Part shown: one piece after another, positions 12,701-23,984 of the stretch
Numbering within the stretch: the stretch's first letter is position 1
Layout: each line of letters begins with the position of its first letter
Assembly (NCBI GenBank): GCA_013115125.1
Contig: JABANN010000324.1
Coordinates: forward strand, 1 to 39,398
Length of the DNA stretch: 39,398 bases
Reading direction: 5' to 3'
DNA from: Perkinsus olseni
Taxonomy: Eukaryota
Program-made: the position numbers and the translations under genes
The notes under the pieces: generated by a model
Databases searched by the model: none
What the model was told of the DNA's origin: nothing
Seen by the model: the letters and a program-made list of their open reading frames with translations, nothing else

Positions 12701-15700
12701 CATCCGCGACCCTATTACCCTTCCATAACATGATTCAAGGAATGAGCAAAACTCATTCCCACGTCTCGCACCGTCGAGACGATCTGAGCTGGGTTGGTGT
12801 TTTCAATTTCATCCTTCATGCTCTCCTCCTTTTCTAAGTTCTGCTGCTTCAAGTCTTTCAACTAAACGAGCAACCTATTCTGCATCTTGCACGCTCAACC
12901 CGAAGATACTACCTTTTTCAGCACAGGGCCGATAGCCTGCGCAAACATCACTTCAATTCTGCGTTCCATGTACTTCGTAAAATTATCGAAACCGATGGTA
13001 CTGGTGAATTTCTCGCTCGCACCCTTCGACCTAAGATACCCAGAAAACAATCAAGAGGAGAAGAAATGAATACTATCACAACAGACAGTCGTCCCTGTAA
13101 GGAATCTATCTAACTCCATATCCGAGACAATAATTTCGTGGCGCGGTGACGCAGCTGTCCGTACGAGATCTACGATTCTCCCCCGAGACGTAGTTGAGCC
13201 GTGGAGCTAATATCATAAGGTTGATGTTGGTCTTTCATACCAATAAAAGATACGTTTCTCACCGTAGCTCTGCGAGATCCTGTTTATTCATGTCCTCTCT
13301 CAACTCCGCAAACGGCTTAGGACACTCCTCACCATCCTTCCAATGCGGCAGCGTCATACAAAATTTACCTAAAAAGTTATCAAAAATTACTGAATCTCAA
13401 ATCGATCAAAGATACTTACTAAGATTGTCCGGCAGATCACCGAAGCCATTTAACCAATCATTAATATTTTGCGCTGTGAGATCACGATAATACTTATCTA
13501 ACTTGTTCCTGAAAAAGAAACAAAAACACTCTCTAACTCTTCATACACTCAAGCGCGATTAAATCCTAGCTGAGAAAAAAACCGGATAGACGAGTGTTGT
13601 AAACAACGGTACTCTTCGGTTAGCCCCTAGCGTCTGAATAACTCAGCGTGATGTCAGGGCTGTTGCCCCTGCAAACTGCCTAAATTCAAATTCTATGTGG
13701 CCAATATTCCGCGTCCGGGAGACCACATATTACATAGCCTTTGATACTTTTATCAATATACCATGATTCTATTCATGAATATTATATAATTACTATTATC
13801 AATAACAATTTTTAATTCACCATCATTTTACACAAAACTCATATAATAAAACATTGGAGTTTTGCCCGTAATACGTCAAGTGGAAATTTTCGCGAATTTA
13901 TCGCCATAATTTGTGAAATTTTTTTTCACCAGTGTTTTTCATATCGAGGGCGAATCTCCATTATACTTCAATAGAGGCAAAGAATGACAACTCGGAAAGA
14001 CAACACACTGCCATTGCACGCCCTACTCGAAACGACGAATCGTCCAACCCAGCAACAACTGCTCGCAACCCCCAATCAGCGCCACACGACCCTCACGCAG
14101 CGTTTCCACCATCATACTCAAATGGCACATGAAAAGCCCGACGATATATGCGAAGTCCTAGTACAAATATACTAGGTGCTCGGTCATGCTCTGGTGGAAT
14201 TTTGTGGCACGCAAAAACATCAGTGACCGCGGAGCTCTCCTCTAGTCTTCAAGATGAAAAACACTTCGCCACACCGTAGAGCCGTACTAACCCACACAAA
14301 CGGTAAAGGTGCGCTGATTTCCCCACGAAAAATCATGCCGAAAAATTGAACAAAACAATAAAAGAACATCTCCCCTGTATAACCTGATAAGAATCGTCCG
14401 CTGGAATCCGGGGTCCAATCTCTTGCATCTTGACAGCGTCGACAAGTTAGCAGCATCACCGGCCTCCTCCACGCACAGCATCACATTACGAGTATCTTGC
14501 ATGAACCTCATCACCTAAGAAAGAAAGATACTATCAATAACAACATCACCGTCACTGCGCCACGAAATTACCAAGTTGTCGATTTGGTCTGCCAGTTGCT
14601 GTTTCTCCTTATCCAAGGCGAAGTCGCGGAATCCGGGGAGATCGACTATTTGCATATCCACGCAGTACGGCGACTCCACACGGACGTAACTGATGTAGTA
14701 AGATACTCGAAGATACTTTCAGGTCGACCTCAAGATACCATTAACACTTTCACGCGCTACATAGATTGTAAGATACTCTCAAGCTTCTGCGCGCCTTTGC
14801 GTCGACCACGTATTGAAAGAAACTCTCAAACGACCTCAGTATAATAAACACCTCCAGAATGAACTACAATTTCCGATAAAACCCCGGTTCGAGCCCAAGA
14901 TACCACAGAACTCATCCAAACAACCCTCAAAAAGACAGCACCCGTTCACCCTTCGATCGAGCTAGATTCGGTCGACAGCGAGCCGAAACCTTCAAAAGGG
15001 AAATTGCGGAGCGAGTTGCGGAGCGAGCGGAGCATATACTACAACAACAGGCATTCGCGCGTTGTGCGTGCGTGCGTGCAGACAGTTTCTCGATAACTAC
15101 CGAGTTTCAGCGGACAAGCTATACACCATTCGAAAGAGCGCGCTCTAAAACCCCCGTAAAAAATAGGGAGAAATTCAGGGCCGAACTTCCGAGTTCAAAA
15201 CAAGAGGAAATAACCAAAAATTTTGAATTTACAATGGGGTAAAAGTGCGATTTTTCCCGATTTTCGCAGAATTATTTCGCAATATCGGACGGCTCTACGG
15301 CTTAACGAGCCAAGCGGTTCGGAAGTCCAGGAAGCACTCTTTGCAGGAAAAATATGACAACGCTGCCGAAGGTGCCCGTTGTCGAATAAATGAGCCGAGA
15401 AATTCGTCATATTTCGGCGGTTCAGCCCCAACTAGCGATCTATTGGGTTTGACCACCGACTTTCGCGTGGTTCACATTTTCCACATTCGGGGGTTCATGT
15501 CATCGTGAAAGACTATAATCCCCCGCTCCGATCCTCAATCTGAGTCGATCGGCATAGGGACCCTACTCCATATCACAAGTTGCACGGTTTTGTCGGAAAA
15601 ATGACGTCCGTGGGATTCGAACCGGATACGTTGTAACTTGCCGGTATTCAACATATCTCGACTAATGCGTTTCCTCAAAGCTTTCGAATGAACAAGCGAG

Positions 15701-17391
15701 TACCGCACACAGGGTGATTCGCGGTGCGCCGAGCACCGGGTCACCCGGTTCCGTGGACCGTGCACGCATCCCGCGAGCTCCGCCCCTTCGTCTCGAAGAC
15801 CTAGTTTTATTTTCTCAAGGCCATCAAAAAACAAAATATTTCTGGTCGTCTCGTCTTCTTCGGCGAGAAGAAACGGCAGAATCTCCCGTCTGCCTCGATG
15901 CACTTCCGCTGAATCCACTCGAGGCCGCAACTCAGTAGGGCGAATAAAAGCAACAAAAAAATGAAAAATTGGCTGAACGATTTCCACCCCAACCTTACAC
16001 AGGTTCGTCCGTTACACTGGCTCCGAGCGACTCGTGCGCTTCGCCGATTATTTTGGTCACCTCGCTGAGCGGATGTTCTTGCCACTTGTTAGTCTGAAGA
16101 CAACCCAGGTTCGATACCCACGACCGCTATTTTTTCACGGCAGACTGCTATGACGAGCAACACCCACAAGACCAGCGCGGCAGAGATGCCACACAGAGCG
16201 TGAACAGTTCCTCTGCTCGGCGACCCAGTCGAACCAACCCCATGATGAAAAGCGCAGCTCCACAGCAAACCCACGTCGAGGTACCAAGTTCAATTCCCGG
16301 GAAGGATGATTTTAATCCAGAATAAATCGCAGTGAAAATGTTTTTATTACTTTTTTTTCCATAACATACCACCGGGAGTGCTTATTCTGTTGAACATTAC
16401 GGAACTCCAAGACAGTAGGCCTTCGACTACCCAAGGAACCGTTCACAAAATTGAACTGCTCACCAGCAAGGGCTTCGATGAGGCGTGACCTGAGTTGGCG
16501 AGGACCTCAACATCCACGACGGGTAACACGCGAAGGGAGGAAGAAGAGATGTACCGAAGACAGGCACGCAATGTAGTTAAACTGATAACGACAATTTGAG
16601 ATGAGTACATCATTACCGACTGGCCTCGCATCACTAAAGACGGCTACAGGAGGGAAGGAGCCAGCTTTTAATGATACTCGACGCTACCGATCATATACTG
16701 ATATACTACAAAACTAATATTGATCGCAATATAATTTAGGATAGCAAAAACGGTCATGCTGTCAAGATACAGCCGAGCATGGGGTATGAGATTCATGCCG
16801 AGTAGCGAAGAAGGAACGTGTGGGTCGAAGAAACGGTGTCCAGCAGCTTAGCAAAACGGATAATCCCGTGGATGGCGAGAGGCGCAACTTTTGTCAGGAA
16901 GAGTAACTGGATTGACAAGGCATAGGGTTGAAAATGAAATTAGCCAGGAGGTTAACAATCTCAATTCTCCACCGAGAGGTCGCGAGTACGATTCAGACAA
17001 GCGACATTTCGATAGTAAACCTCGTCGAGCGGACGACTAGGAGACCCATAGAGTCGAAAAAGAAAAATTAAACAGAGCGCGGATTTGGCGAGAAAAATTA
17101 TCCAAAAAGTTGTTGCCAATCCTGAGCTCTGCACGCGCGAGAAGAACCATAAATCGATCCCCTCCTGACTCGCCCGTATTATCACTTGCCCACTGATTGT
17201 TTGCCGATGAGAATGAACTGTGGTAGGGGGAAGTCGACGATACCCAGTCTATCTTGCACTTTCGTCTTCACATCCGACAGGACATCCAATAGCTCCGAAC
17301 GTTGCTCGTTGTGACCCTGTATGATAGAGAAAGAGCGGTTCAACTGAGGCTTAGAAGGAGGAGCTGGAGGGGCAGCTGTGGCGGAAGGCAT
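9743..17391 (-). CDS. Dynamin-related GTPase (ARC5/DRP5/Dlp-like), 18 exons, 784 aa
   Basis: Hand-spliced exons: 17186-17391, 16351-16489, 15999-16093, 14572-14689, 14384-14514, 13420-13508, 13263-13368, 12913-13030, 12719-12861, 12268-12337, 12113-12199, 11929-12058, 11443-11538, 11052-11248, 10647-10889, 10172-10324, 9941-10036, 9743-9880. All introns are GT-AG and give 2355 nt in frame. Motifs: G1 LPQFILIGKQSVGKS, G2 GSRRPTVLE, G3 IVDLPGF, G4 IRNKLD, middle-domain NGGAQFRR, an acidic loop, and a C-terminal GED-like coiled coil. Confidence 0.92.
15000..15530. mobile_element. Possible degenerate non-autonomous element (Helentron/DINE-like or MITE) in dynamin intron 3
   Basis: GCGGAGCG repeats followed by ATATACT, then a (GTGC)n microsatellite at ~15065-15080, an AT-rich body, and an inverted CCGCTCCG at ~15522. 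It lies in the longest dynamin intron (14690-15998). No TSD was identified. Confidence 0.3.
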
Positions 17392-17430
17392 TGGGTTAAA
17401 AGTAGAGAATGGACGCCAACTGATACAACC

Positions 17431-17675
17431 TGTCCCGACTTTTTTGGTATCTGACGCGCTCGACCTCAAGATACGCTGTTGCCCAATGTCAAATAATGTG
17501 CCTCGAAGCGCACAGATTCAACTTAAAGATAATCCTGCTACTGGTCAGAGCCTACAGCGGGCCTTTGCCGGCCAAACCCGCGCTGAAGAGGGGATCTAGC
17601 GCCGATCGAGGGATCTAACAATCCAGCCAGCCGTCCCGACTTTTTTCGTATCCTGCATGCTTGACATCAAGATAA
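17431..17675. repeat. Diverged ~45-bp direct repeat upstream of the dynamin start
   Basis: gtcccgactttttTggtatctgacgcgctcgacctcaagata (17432-17473) vs gtcccgacttttttcgtatcctgcatgcttgacatcaagata (17633-17674). Confidence 0.7.
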
Positions 17676-18838
17676 ACTCAATACAGCGCGTTTCGTACCT
17701 AAAACCTCAGCTGGATGTGGCGGAAATGTCCATGAGCCCCGTTAAACTACTTGATAATCAACGACAGCGCTATTTCGCGCAACGACGAGTTCGCGTTAAG
17801 GAATGCCAAGTATCAGTAAGATAGCAAGGCACCCTTTCCGCGGTGAACCGTTTTTTCGGAAAGAGTATAATTATCACAAAACATGATACACCCAGCCATG
17901 CAAAACAACAAATCGTCTTAATCTGTCTTATTCTTCGAGCTGGGGCAAGTACTGAGCGGTCAGACTTCAACAGCTGGCCGCCGCTCTACTCGCTTGGGTC
18001 GGTCTTCGGCAGGCAGACTGCTGGGCGTTTTACGGCTCACCAAGCCAACTCGAGGTCCGGGATCAGCACCGATGGTCACCGCTTCTGTGCTGCCGCCCTG
18101 GCTTCCGGCTTCGGTCCTCCGGTCCATCCACTCTTTAGGTACTCCTCTCTTGGCTTGACCCTCAGCTGCCTCCCATTAACGGGCGGCGCGATGGTACCAT
18201 CCGTATACAGACCACGTCATGGGGAGACAACCCAGGTGCCGGGGGATCCTAGTATTGGAAACCCACCGCTCCTGCGCAAGTAAGCATCCCGGAGGGAGCG
18301 CGAGGAGGGCCCGATCCATTTGAGAGATCTGGGCCGGCATGCATCGGGGTGCTCAGTCCCTGGGGCCCCTCCCAACCCTAGAGGATGGCGAGAGGTGGAG
18401 CTAAGCTCTCTTTTCATTTCTTTCATGGCTCTTGGGACATGGGTGCAATGATCGCAACCCGAGCCGTGCACGCAGGGCACTTGGCAACAGACCACCTGTG
18501 TGGGCAAGACATCAGGGGCGTGCCGTTAGCGACATTAGAGATCGCATTCCCATGACGGGTGGTACCATCTCGATACCGCGGGGGGTGTCCAACCGACCAC
18601 CTGCCCCCATCGCGGCGATGGCATCGCCTGGCTCAGAGAGACATCCCGGAGGGTATGCCGAGGCGATCCGGTGTGGAGCTTGCCACGCCACCGGCACGGT
18701 CCGGCCCTAGAGGAGTCAGCGTCAAGTCAGAGGCCCGGAGACGAGTCGCCGCGGAGCTTCAAGAGCCGGAGGAACCTAACCATCCACACACGCGAAACAG
18801 CCTTCCACAGATCTCACCGATCTCCGCGGTGAACCGTT

Positions 18839-18915
18839 GCGGTGAAGGTGTTTTTCTGAGACAAAGGTTGAAGAGGCGCGGTGAAGTCGTTTTTCTGAGA
18901 CAAAGGTTGAAGAGG
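18839..18915. repeat. 39-bp tandem duplication (2 copies)
   Basis: gcggtgaaggtgtttttctgagacaaaggttgaagagg followed by gcggtgaagtcgtttttctgagacaaaggttgaagagg, with 2 mismatches. Confidence 0.9.
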
Positions 18916-19774
18916 TGAGGAATGAAATCTTGCTCGCCTTGAGTACAAATATTAGGAAGTCCTGAGCGTTCATGTGGCAGTAAAGTGGGCGTGTTCGGAG
19001 CTCGGCTGTAAGGCAAGTAGGCGTTAACAGAGTTGGCCAAGAGCGAGTGGCGTATTGACGGTAACCCTAGCAGACGCGAAGCCCGACTGACGGTCATCGA
19101 TTCACGGTACTGGCAGTAGCCTACTGCCAGTTGGCTATCGACTATGGGCAAAAAAACCGACGGGTGAAGTAGGAAAATTTGTGAAAATTTGTCGAAAATT
19201 TGTCGGCGACCAGACATCTACACACCGGAAAGGGGTGTGCGGCGGTAAGTTCTACAGAAAGGTGAGTTGGCGGCTAAAATTCTATATATACGCTGCTTGG
19301 GGTGGATCCGCAACCGTTTTCGGAAGAAACCGTGAGACTGAAAATTCCTTGCCGGAAATTCCTCGGCAAGCCAGTGGTAGCAGTGTTACCGTAAAGTATG
19401 GTCCGTGATGATGGCTGAATCAACTAGAGCGAATAGTGGTGGGAGGGTGTAAGGGTAAGACGACGATCCGTGCTCGGGTGAATGAATGGGTGGTGAGACT
19501 CACCACCGTCACCACTGGAGACGGATTTCTCCGGAAAATGTTAGATTGAGTTAGGCCCCCTAACTCAGGAGACTCAACTCAGAGCGCGTCGACGGAAAAA
19601 AGGTCTCATACGATCACTTCGCTGGTGATTACCAGCCGTGACGATCTCCGAACGCGCCTTGGATTAGGATTCCGAACTTAGAGCTTCGAACGAGCCCAGT
19701 GGGTTACTTGAAATCCTGGTCCAAACCGCAGTCGTTAACACTGTCATGATTAACAGATCGGTCTACTCTTTGGG

Positions 19775-20010
19775 AGAGAGGGGGGTTTGAATTTTTAAAC
19801 ACGGGGGGGGATGGGTAAAGGGGGGGAGTTTTTTGTTTTTTGTGGGGGGGCCGACAAGAGGGGGGGGGTTTTAAAAAAAGAAGCGGGGCCCCCGCATANN
19901 NNNNNNNNCCCCCCCGTGGATTACTTAACACCCGGCCCACCCCCCCAGGCTAAACCAGTTTATCCAAAACCCTCCGGCACACCTCTTGGGCCCCGGGCGT
20001 TTACCCTTTA
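19775..20010. other. Assembly gap (N at 19899-19908) with low-quality read ends
   Basis: Ten Ns flanked by homopolymer-dominated sequence (G8, T6, A7, C7 runs) typical of degraded Sanger read ends. Confidence 0.9.
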
Positions 20011-20641
20011 GTCACCCAGGGTGACTAATGCTAATCGGCTCTCTATGTAGGGTGTAGGGTGACTCACCCTACATGCTCAATTGAAGCAACTTACATGGAG
20101 TCGCTCAACGCGACTCGCTTGGAGCGAAGTGGCGGCGAACCCGTTTAAACCCGATATGTGACTACCAAATCACTGACTCGTCGAACTTGAAATCAGAGTC
20201 TGATCATCAGACTGCAAAGTACCGCGCTCCTGTATACAGAGAAGTCTGCATCGACCACAGCCAAGGTTCCGTCGTCGAAGCCCTTTCAAAGCCATATCGA
20301 GCGTAGAGGTCACTTTTCGGCTAACTTTAAAGCCTTTCCGTGCTCTCTTTGCCACTACCAGTGGCCACTTCTGTCGTTCCTGCGGAAGCGAGTGCTTGAG
20401 CGTTCCAAACTCGCGGGGCGTGCGCAAGCTTCCACCTTATCTTCTGGGACTCCACGGCCGCTACACTCGATGAATCCTCGCGAGAGGCACCAGCGCTGTC
20501 TATCTGCCTAATACCAGAACTGGGTACTCACTTCTAGCAAGAGCCATCGCGGCTTCCCCTGGCCTTTCTACCGGGAGTGAGATCGCCGTACCGGGTAATT
20601 TCCTTCAAGTTGCTGAGAAACGCCAGTGTTAATGGTTTACG

Positions 20642-21347
20642 TGTAGCGATGGAGTGAAAAAGTTGTGGGAAATTCCCACTACTAGCGGAACAAGATCCTT
20701 ATGGATTCTCACTGGCAATCCAGTGACAATCCTGTATTGGCTACGCGTGCGAAGCCAGACCGGCCCGACGGTCACCCAGTAGTGACTGGCTGCCAGCCAG
20801 TGGCTGGCAACTCGCCGCCTTCCCCCCTCTCATTCATGCCCCTCTTCTCCTCCACCGACTGACGCCTAGTCGTTACGAGCATGTTAGGTAGTGTACGGTA
20901 CAGTAGACTGTACTACGGTTTGTCCGAGCCCGGGTGAAGTCTGCACCTCCATCAGTCGGAACCCAACTAAAGAGTTTCGGGAAGGTTCGGGTAAGGCATT
21001 GGCTATCGGGTAGCCAGGAGCTTCTTGCTGTTATCCTGGTCGTTCGGTACTGTATTGCAGTACTAGTCGATCCACTCCGGTTCTGCTAGCGAGATAGCTC
21101 TCCATGCTGCACGATCTCTTCCTCATTCACTCTGTGACAGAGTCTCTGTCGTGTCATCTGCCGCGTGATACGCGGTTCGCGTGTTAGTGGTCGCTGGTCA
21201 CCACTCATCCGCACACTATAGCCTAGTTGAGATTTTCAGGCAATTCCCTGTGGCGCGAGCTGTATGCCAGGGAAGTGGATACTCGGCGAACTCGACTCGA
21301 GTATGTTAACTCTGTAACGACCTGAAACGGTCAGTCTGACAGCGATA
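20642..21347. mobile_element. Possible solo-LTR-like insertion, 706 bp
   Basis: Starts TGTAGC and ends GCTACA (TG..CA, 6-7 bp inverted ends), is non-coding, and abuts the degenerate tail of the TIR-like gene. No target-site duplication is visible. Confidence 0.3.
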
Positions 21348-21656
21348 CTGTGCTACACTGAGTATCGGCAGTATGAAATGTTGCAAAGCGATAATCATTG
21401 CAGACGTTCGGCGAGGTCATAAGCATAGGATCGTCGTGGGGCATACATCACGACCAGCGCCAAGGCAACGCCGCTCCCGTAAATGACAGCGCTGTATAAT
21501 CGATCAGAGGTTGTACATGAGAACACCGCTCAAGACCAGGCTTGCAGTGGGGTAAGCGAGGCAGCAGAATGAGACGACTAAGCCTCGACAACACCAAGGG
21601 AGCCTGGTACACCTTGACTCAAGGTGATATCCGAACAGTAGCAATAACGGTGCTTG

Positions 21657-22865
21657 TCAACCCAGCAAAATGCGCTGTACCAGATCAGGAAGGCAAGTAG
21701 CCACGATTACCCAAAGTATGGTAGGCGGTGGCTCCGCCTCTTGACCCGGCGAGATTATGTCTGTCCACTCCTGCCAGCTGCCGCGGAAGATGTGAGCGAC
21801 GGTTAAGATAAGTCCTCCCAAAATATGCGGGATATGCGGTACGCAAAGGATCTTCAATGTAGTTCTAGAGAATAACCAAGATGGGGCTTGGCTACTCTCC
21901 TCGGCGCCAAACCATATGCCTCTGACGACGGCCTCGAGATACTCCAACGAACCGTAAGCTCCCCTTATGAGCCCTTCGAGATGAACTTCATCTTCCGGGT
22001 TTGAGCACCTCGCATTCATGATTCTGAAAGTTCTCAAGCTTCGATAAAAGTTTTCAGCCTCACCTACGCATGAAGGGATATATCGACCCACAAATACACA
22101 TGTACTTATCCATAATAATACGTGGGGGTAGAAGATGCTACCGTGGGGATCCTCTAAATATATTTGTGATACCCTGGAGATGACAAGAGAGAGCAAGCCC
22201 AATAGTGCCATCCACGTACAGAACATCACATGACCAGGATGGATCACGATCACGTCTCGCTCATCGTGCGTTTGCAGGAAGCAAACCAATTCATATACAC
22301 ACCACAGACGCTTGAAGTAGTCCGGTGACCAGAGGATAACAAATTTGTCTGAAATGCGGAGATACTCTGATAGTCTGGATATACCATGCATCCTCTCAAC
22401 AGAATCTACCTGTGAGATGTAACACTTGTCGAGGAACACCGTGGTACGGCTGTGCTTGAAGAAGCGAGAAGCAAACAGCCCGCTTAGGAATGCTCCAAAA
22501 CCAAGGATAACAATCAGGAGTAACCCGAGGTTGACCGAGTTACTGGCCCAGTAAACGAGGCCCGCCAACGGGAGGGTCGACCACACCAGCCATTTGAAGG
22601 CGAATGGTAAATAAAATGACATAATCAAGGCCACTTGCTTCCAAAGTCCACTGGCCGACCAACTATGACTGAGGAAAATATCGAGACGAGACACTGGGAA
22701 AGAACTCTCCAGTGCATCGGGTTGGCTCCCACAGTCACGGAAGAAGGTGGTTTGCCAGGCAATATTGGACAGCAGGGTCCCTCGGAGCCCAGGGTACGTA
22801 GGAGTGCCTTCCTCAAGGAGCACATCATGCATGAAGACTATGCTGCCGGCCGGGCCTGCTGCCAT
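21657..22865 (-). CDS. Multi-pass membrane protein with a TIR-like domain split by a transmembrane hairpin; probably C-terminally truncated
   Basis: Intronless 402-aa ORF. TIR-like elements: DIFLSHSW (betaA), VFLDKCYISQ (betaB), GISRLSEYLRISDKFVILWSPDYFKRLWCVYEL (betaC-alphaC with WCxxE). Hydrophobic segments lie between betaA and betaB and after the domain. Hydrophobic coding-like sequence continues past the TGA (QAPLLLLFGY..GLVVSFCCLAYPTASLVLSGVLMY). Confidence 0.75.
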   Translation of the reverse strand: MAAGPAGSIVFMHDVLLEEGTPTYPGLRGTLLSNIAWQTTFFRDCGSQPDALESSFPVSRLDIFLSHSWSASGLWKQVALIMSFYLPFAFKWLVWSTLPLAGLVYWASNSVNLGLLLIVILGFGAFLSGLFASRFFKHSRTTVFLDKCYISQVDSVERMHGISRLSEYLRISDKFVILWSPDYFKRLWCVYELVCFLQTHDERDVIVIHPGHVMFCTWMALLGLLSLVISRVSQIYLEDPHGSIFYPHVLLWISTCVFVGRYIPSCVGEAENFYRSLRTFRIMNARCSNPEDEVHLEGLIRGAYGSLEYLEAVVRGIWFGAEESSQAPSWLFSRTTLKILCVPHIPHILGGLILTVAHIFRGSWQEWTDIISPGQEAEPPPTILWVIVATCLPDLVQRILLG

Positions 22866-23377
22866 TTCATGTATGAGAGCGCCACTGCACAGAAAACAGT
22901 CCCCACTGAGTCAGAGCGAAGGTTTCCACCAAGGCGACGCGATCTCCAGCGCTGGTCAGCGATATCGGATCAACTCGCTGATCTTATCTCTGCCGGTAGC
23001 GCTGTTATGGTCGCAGACGCTGATCGTCAAGCACATACCAACTCACGAACCCCTTGCTACGCTATGGTCTGGCGCCCGGTAAAATGTCGCCGGAGCAAGA
23101 TCAGAGAACTGCAACCGACGGAGTTCACTATAGCCGGGCGCTTCAACGGTCCAGGAGTGTGGCGCAAGCGAGATTGGAGAGCTATGCTGTGGACGCGCCA
23201 AGCATCACAGCATCATTCAGTGGAGCTTTCACCACACACTATTCCACTGAATGGACGGATGGTTATGATAAGATCTCCTTCTGGCTTCATCGGAAACGAT
23301 CACTTCTCGCCTGGAACTAGTGGAATGGAACCAATCTCTTCGATTCGCGTCCGCGTACACGGCGTCACACAAACGTG

Positions 23378-23732
23378 CACTACAGTGACAACATAGTGCC
23401 GAATATAGTGAATGCTATGTATCAGCTACAGCCTGGTTCAGTAATACTTGGCTTCTAGAATATCATAGCTGCAATTACCTTCACTGCTACTGCAGATCAT
23501 TAGTATCAGATAATCGGCTGACTTCGTTCTTCGTTCTTCGTGCATGAGTATCGGGCTACACCTGCACTATAGTGACAACATAGTGAGGACTATAGTGTTA
23601 GCTATGTAACAATTACAGCCTGGTTCAGTACCACTCAGCTCTTAGTTTGCTGCTACTATGTACCATTAGCATCAGATAATCGGCTTACCTATTCTGCGCC
23701 TTGCACTCGCGTGCATGAGTACACGTGCTACA
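23378..23732. repeat. Diverged tandem repeat, 2 copies of ~175-185 bp
   Basis: Shared blocks in the same order in 23378-23560 and 23564-23732: cactayagtgacaacatagtg, tacagcctggttcagta, cattagyatcagataatcggct, cgtgcatgagta..gctacac. Confidence 0.85.
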
Positions 23733-23984
23733 CTAAGCATAGCTCAGCTCAGTAAGCTGTAAATCACATTATTGCTAGCTGGCCATCCAGTCCATTTTCT
23801 ACCTTTCTTTGAGCCCCGTCTCAAATAGCCACACTGTACTGAGTTATAGTGGGCACCAAGCTTGGCTTAGTAAACTATAGATCACATCTGATGTGACACA
23901 TCATCGCTTAAATCCTGTTTTCGTGTCCGACACGTGTCGGCTGTCGCTCGCCACGCAATGTATTGTGATCTAGCCCCAACGGAC

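Noticed and set aside
9776-17185. Many short ORFs suggesting a degraded pseudogene region
   Set aside because: They are explained as exons or antisense shadows of one intact 18-exon dynamin gene.
18839-18915. 39-bp repeat as a possible CRISPR array
   Set aside because: There are only two abutting copies, with no spacer and no cas genes, in a eukaryotic context.
17770-19410. Overlapping 60-150 aa ORFs in a GC-rich stretch
   Set aside because: They have no recognisable motifs and conflicting frames, and I could not build a consistent spliced model.
19775-20010. G-rich/C-rich runs suggesting G-quadruplexes, and ORFs 19704-19940 and 19811-20011
   Set aside because: They flank an N gap and look like low-quality read ends.
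22635-23396. 253-aa plus-strand ORF
   Set aside because: It partly overlaps the TIR-like gene antisense, has a non-ATG start, and shows no motif or protein-like composition.
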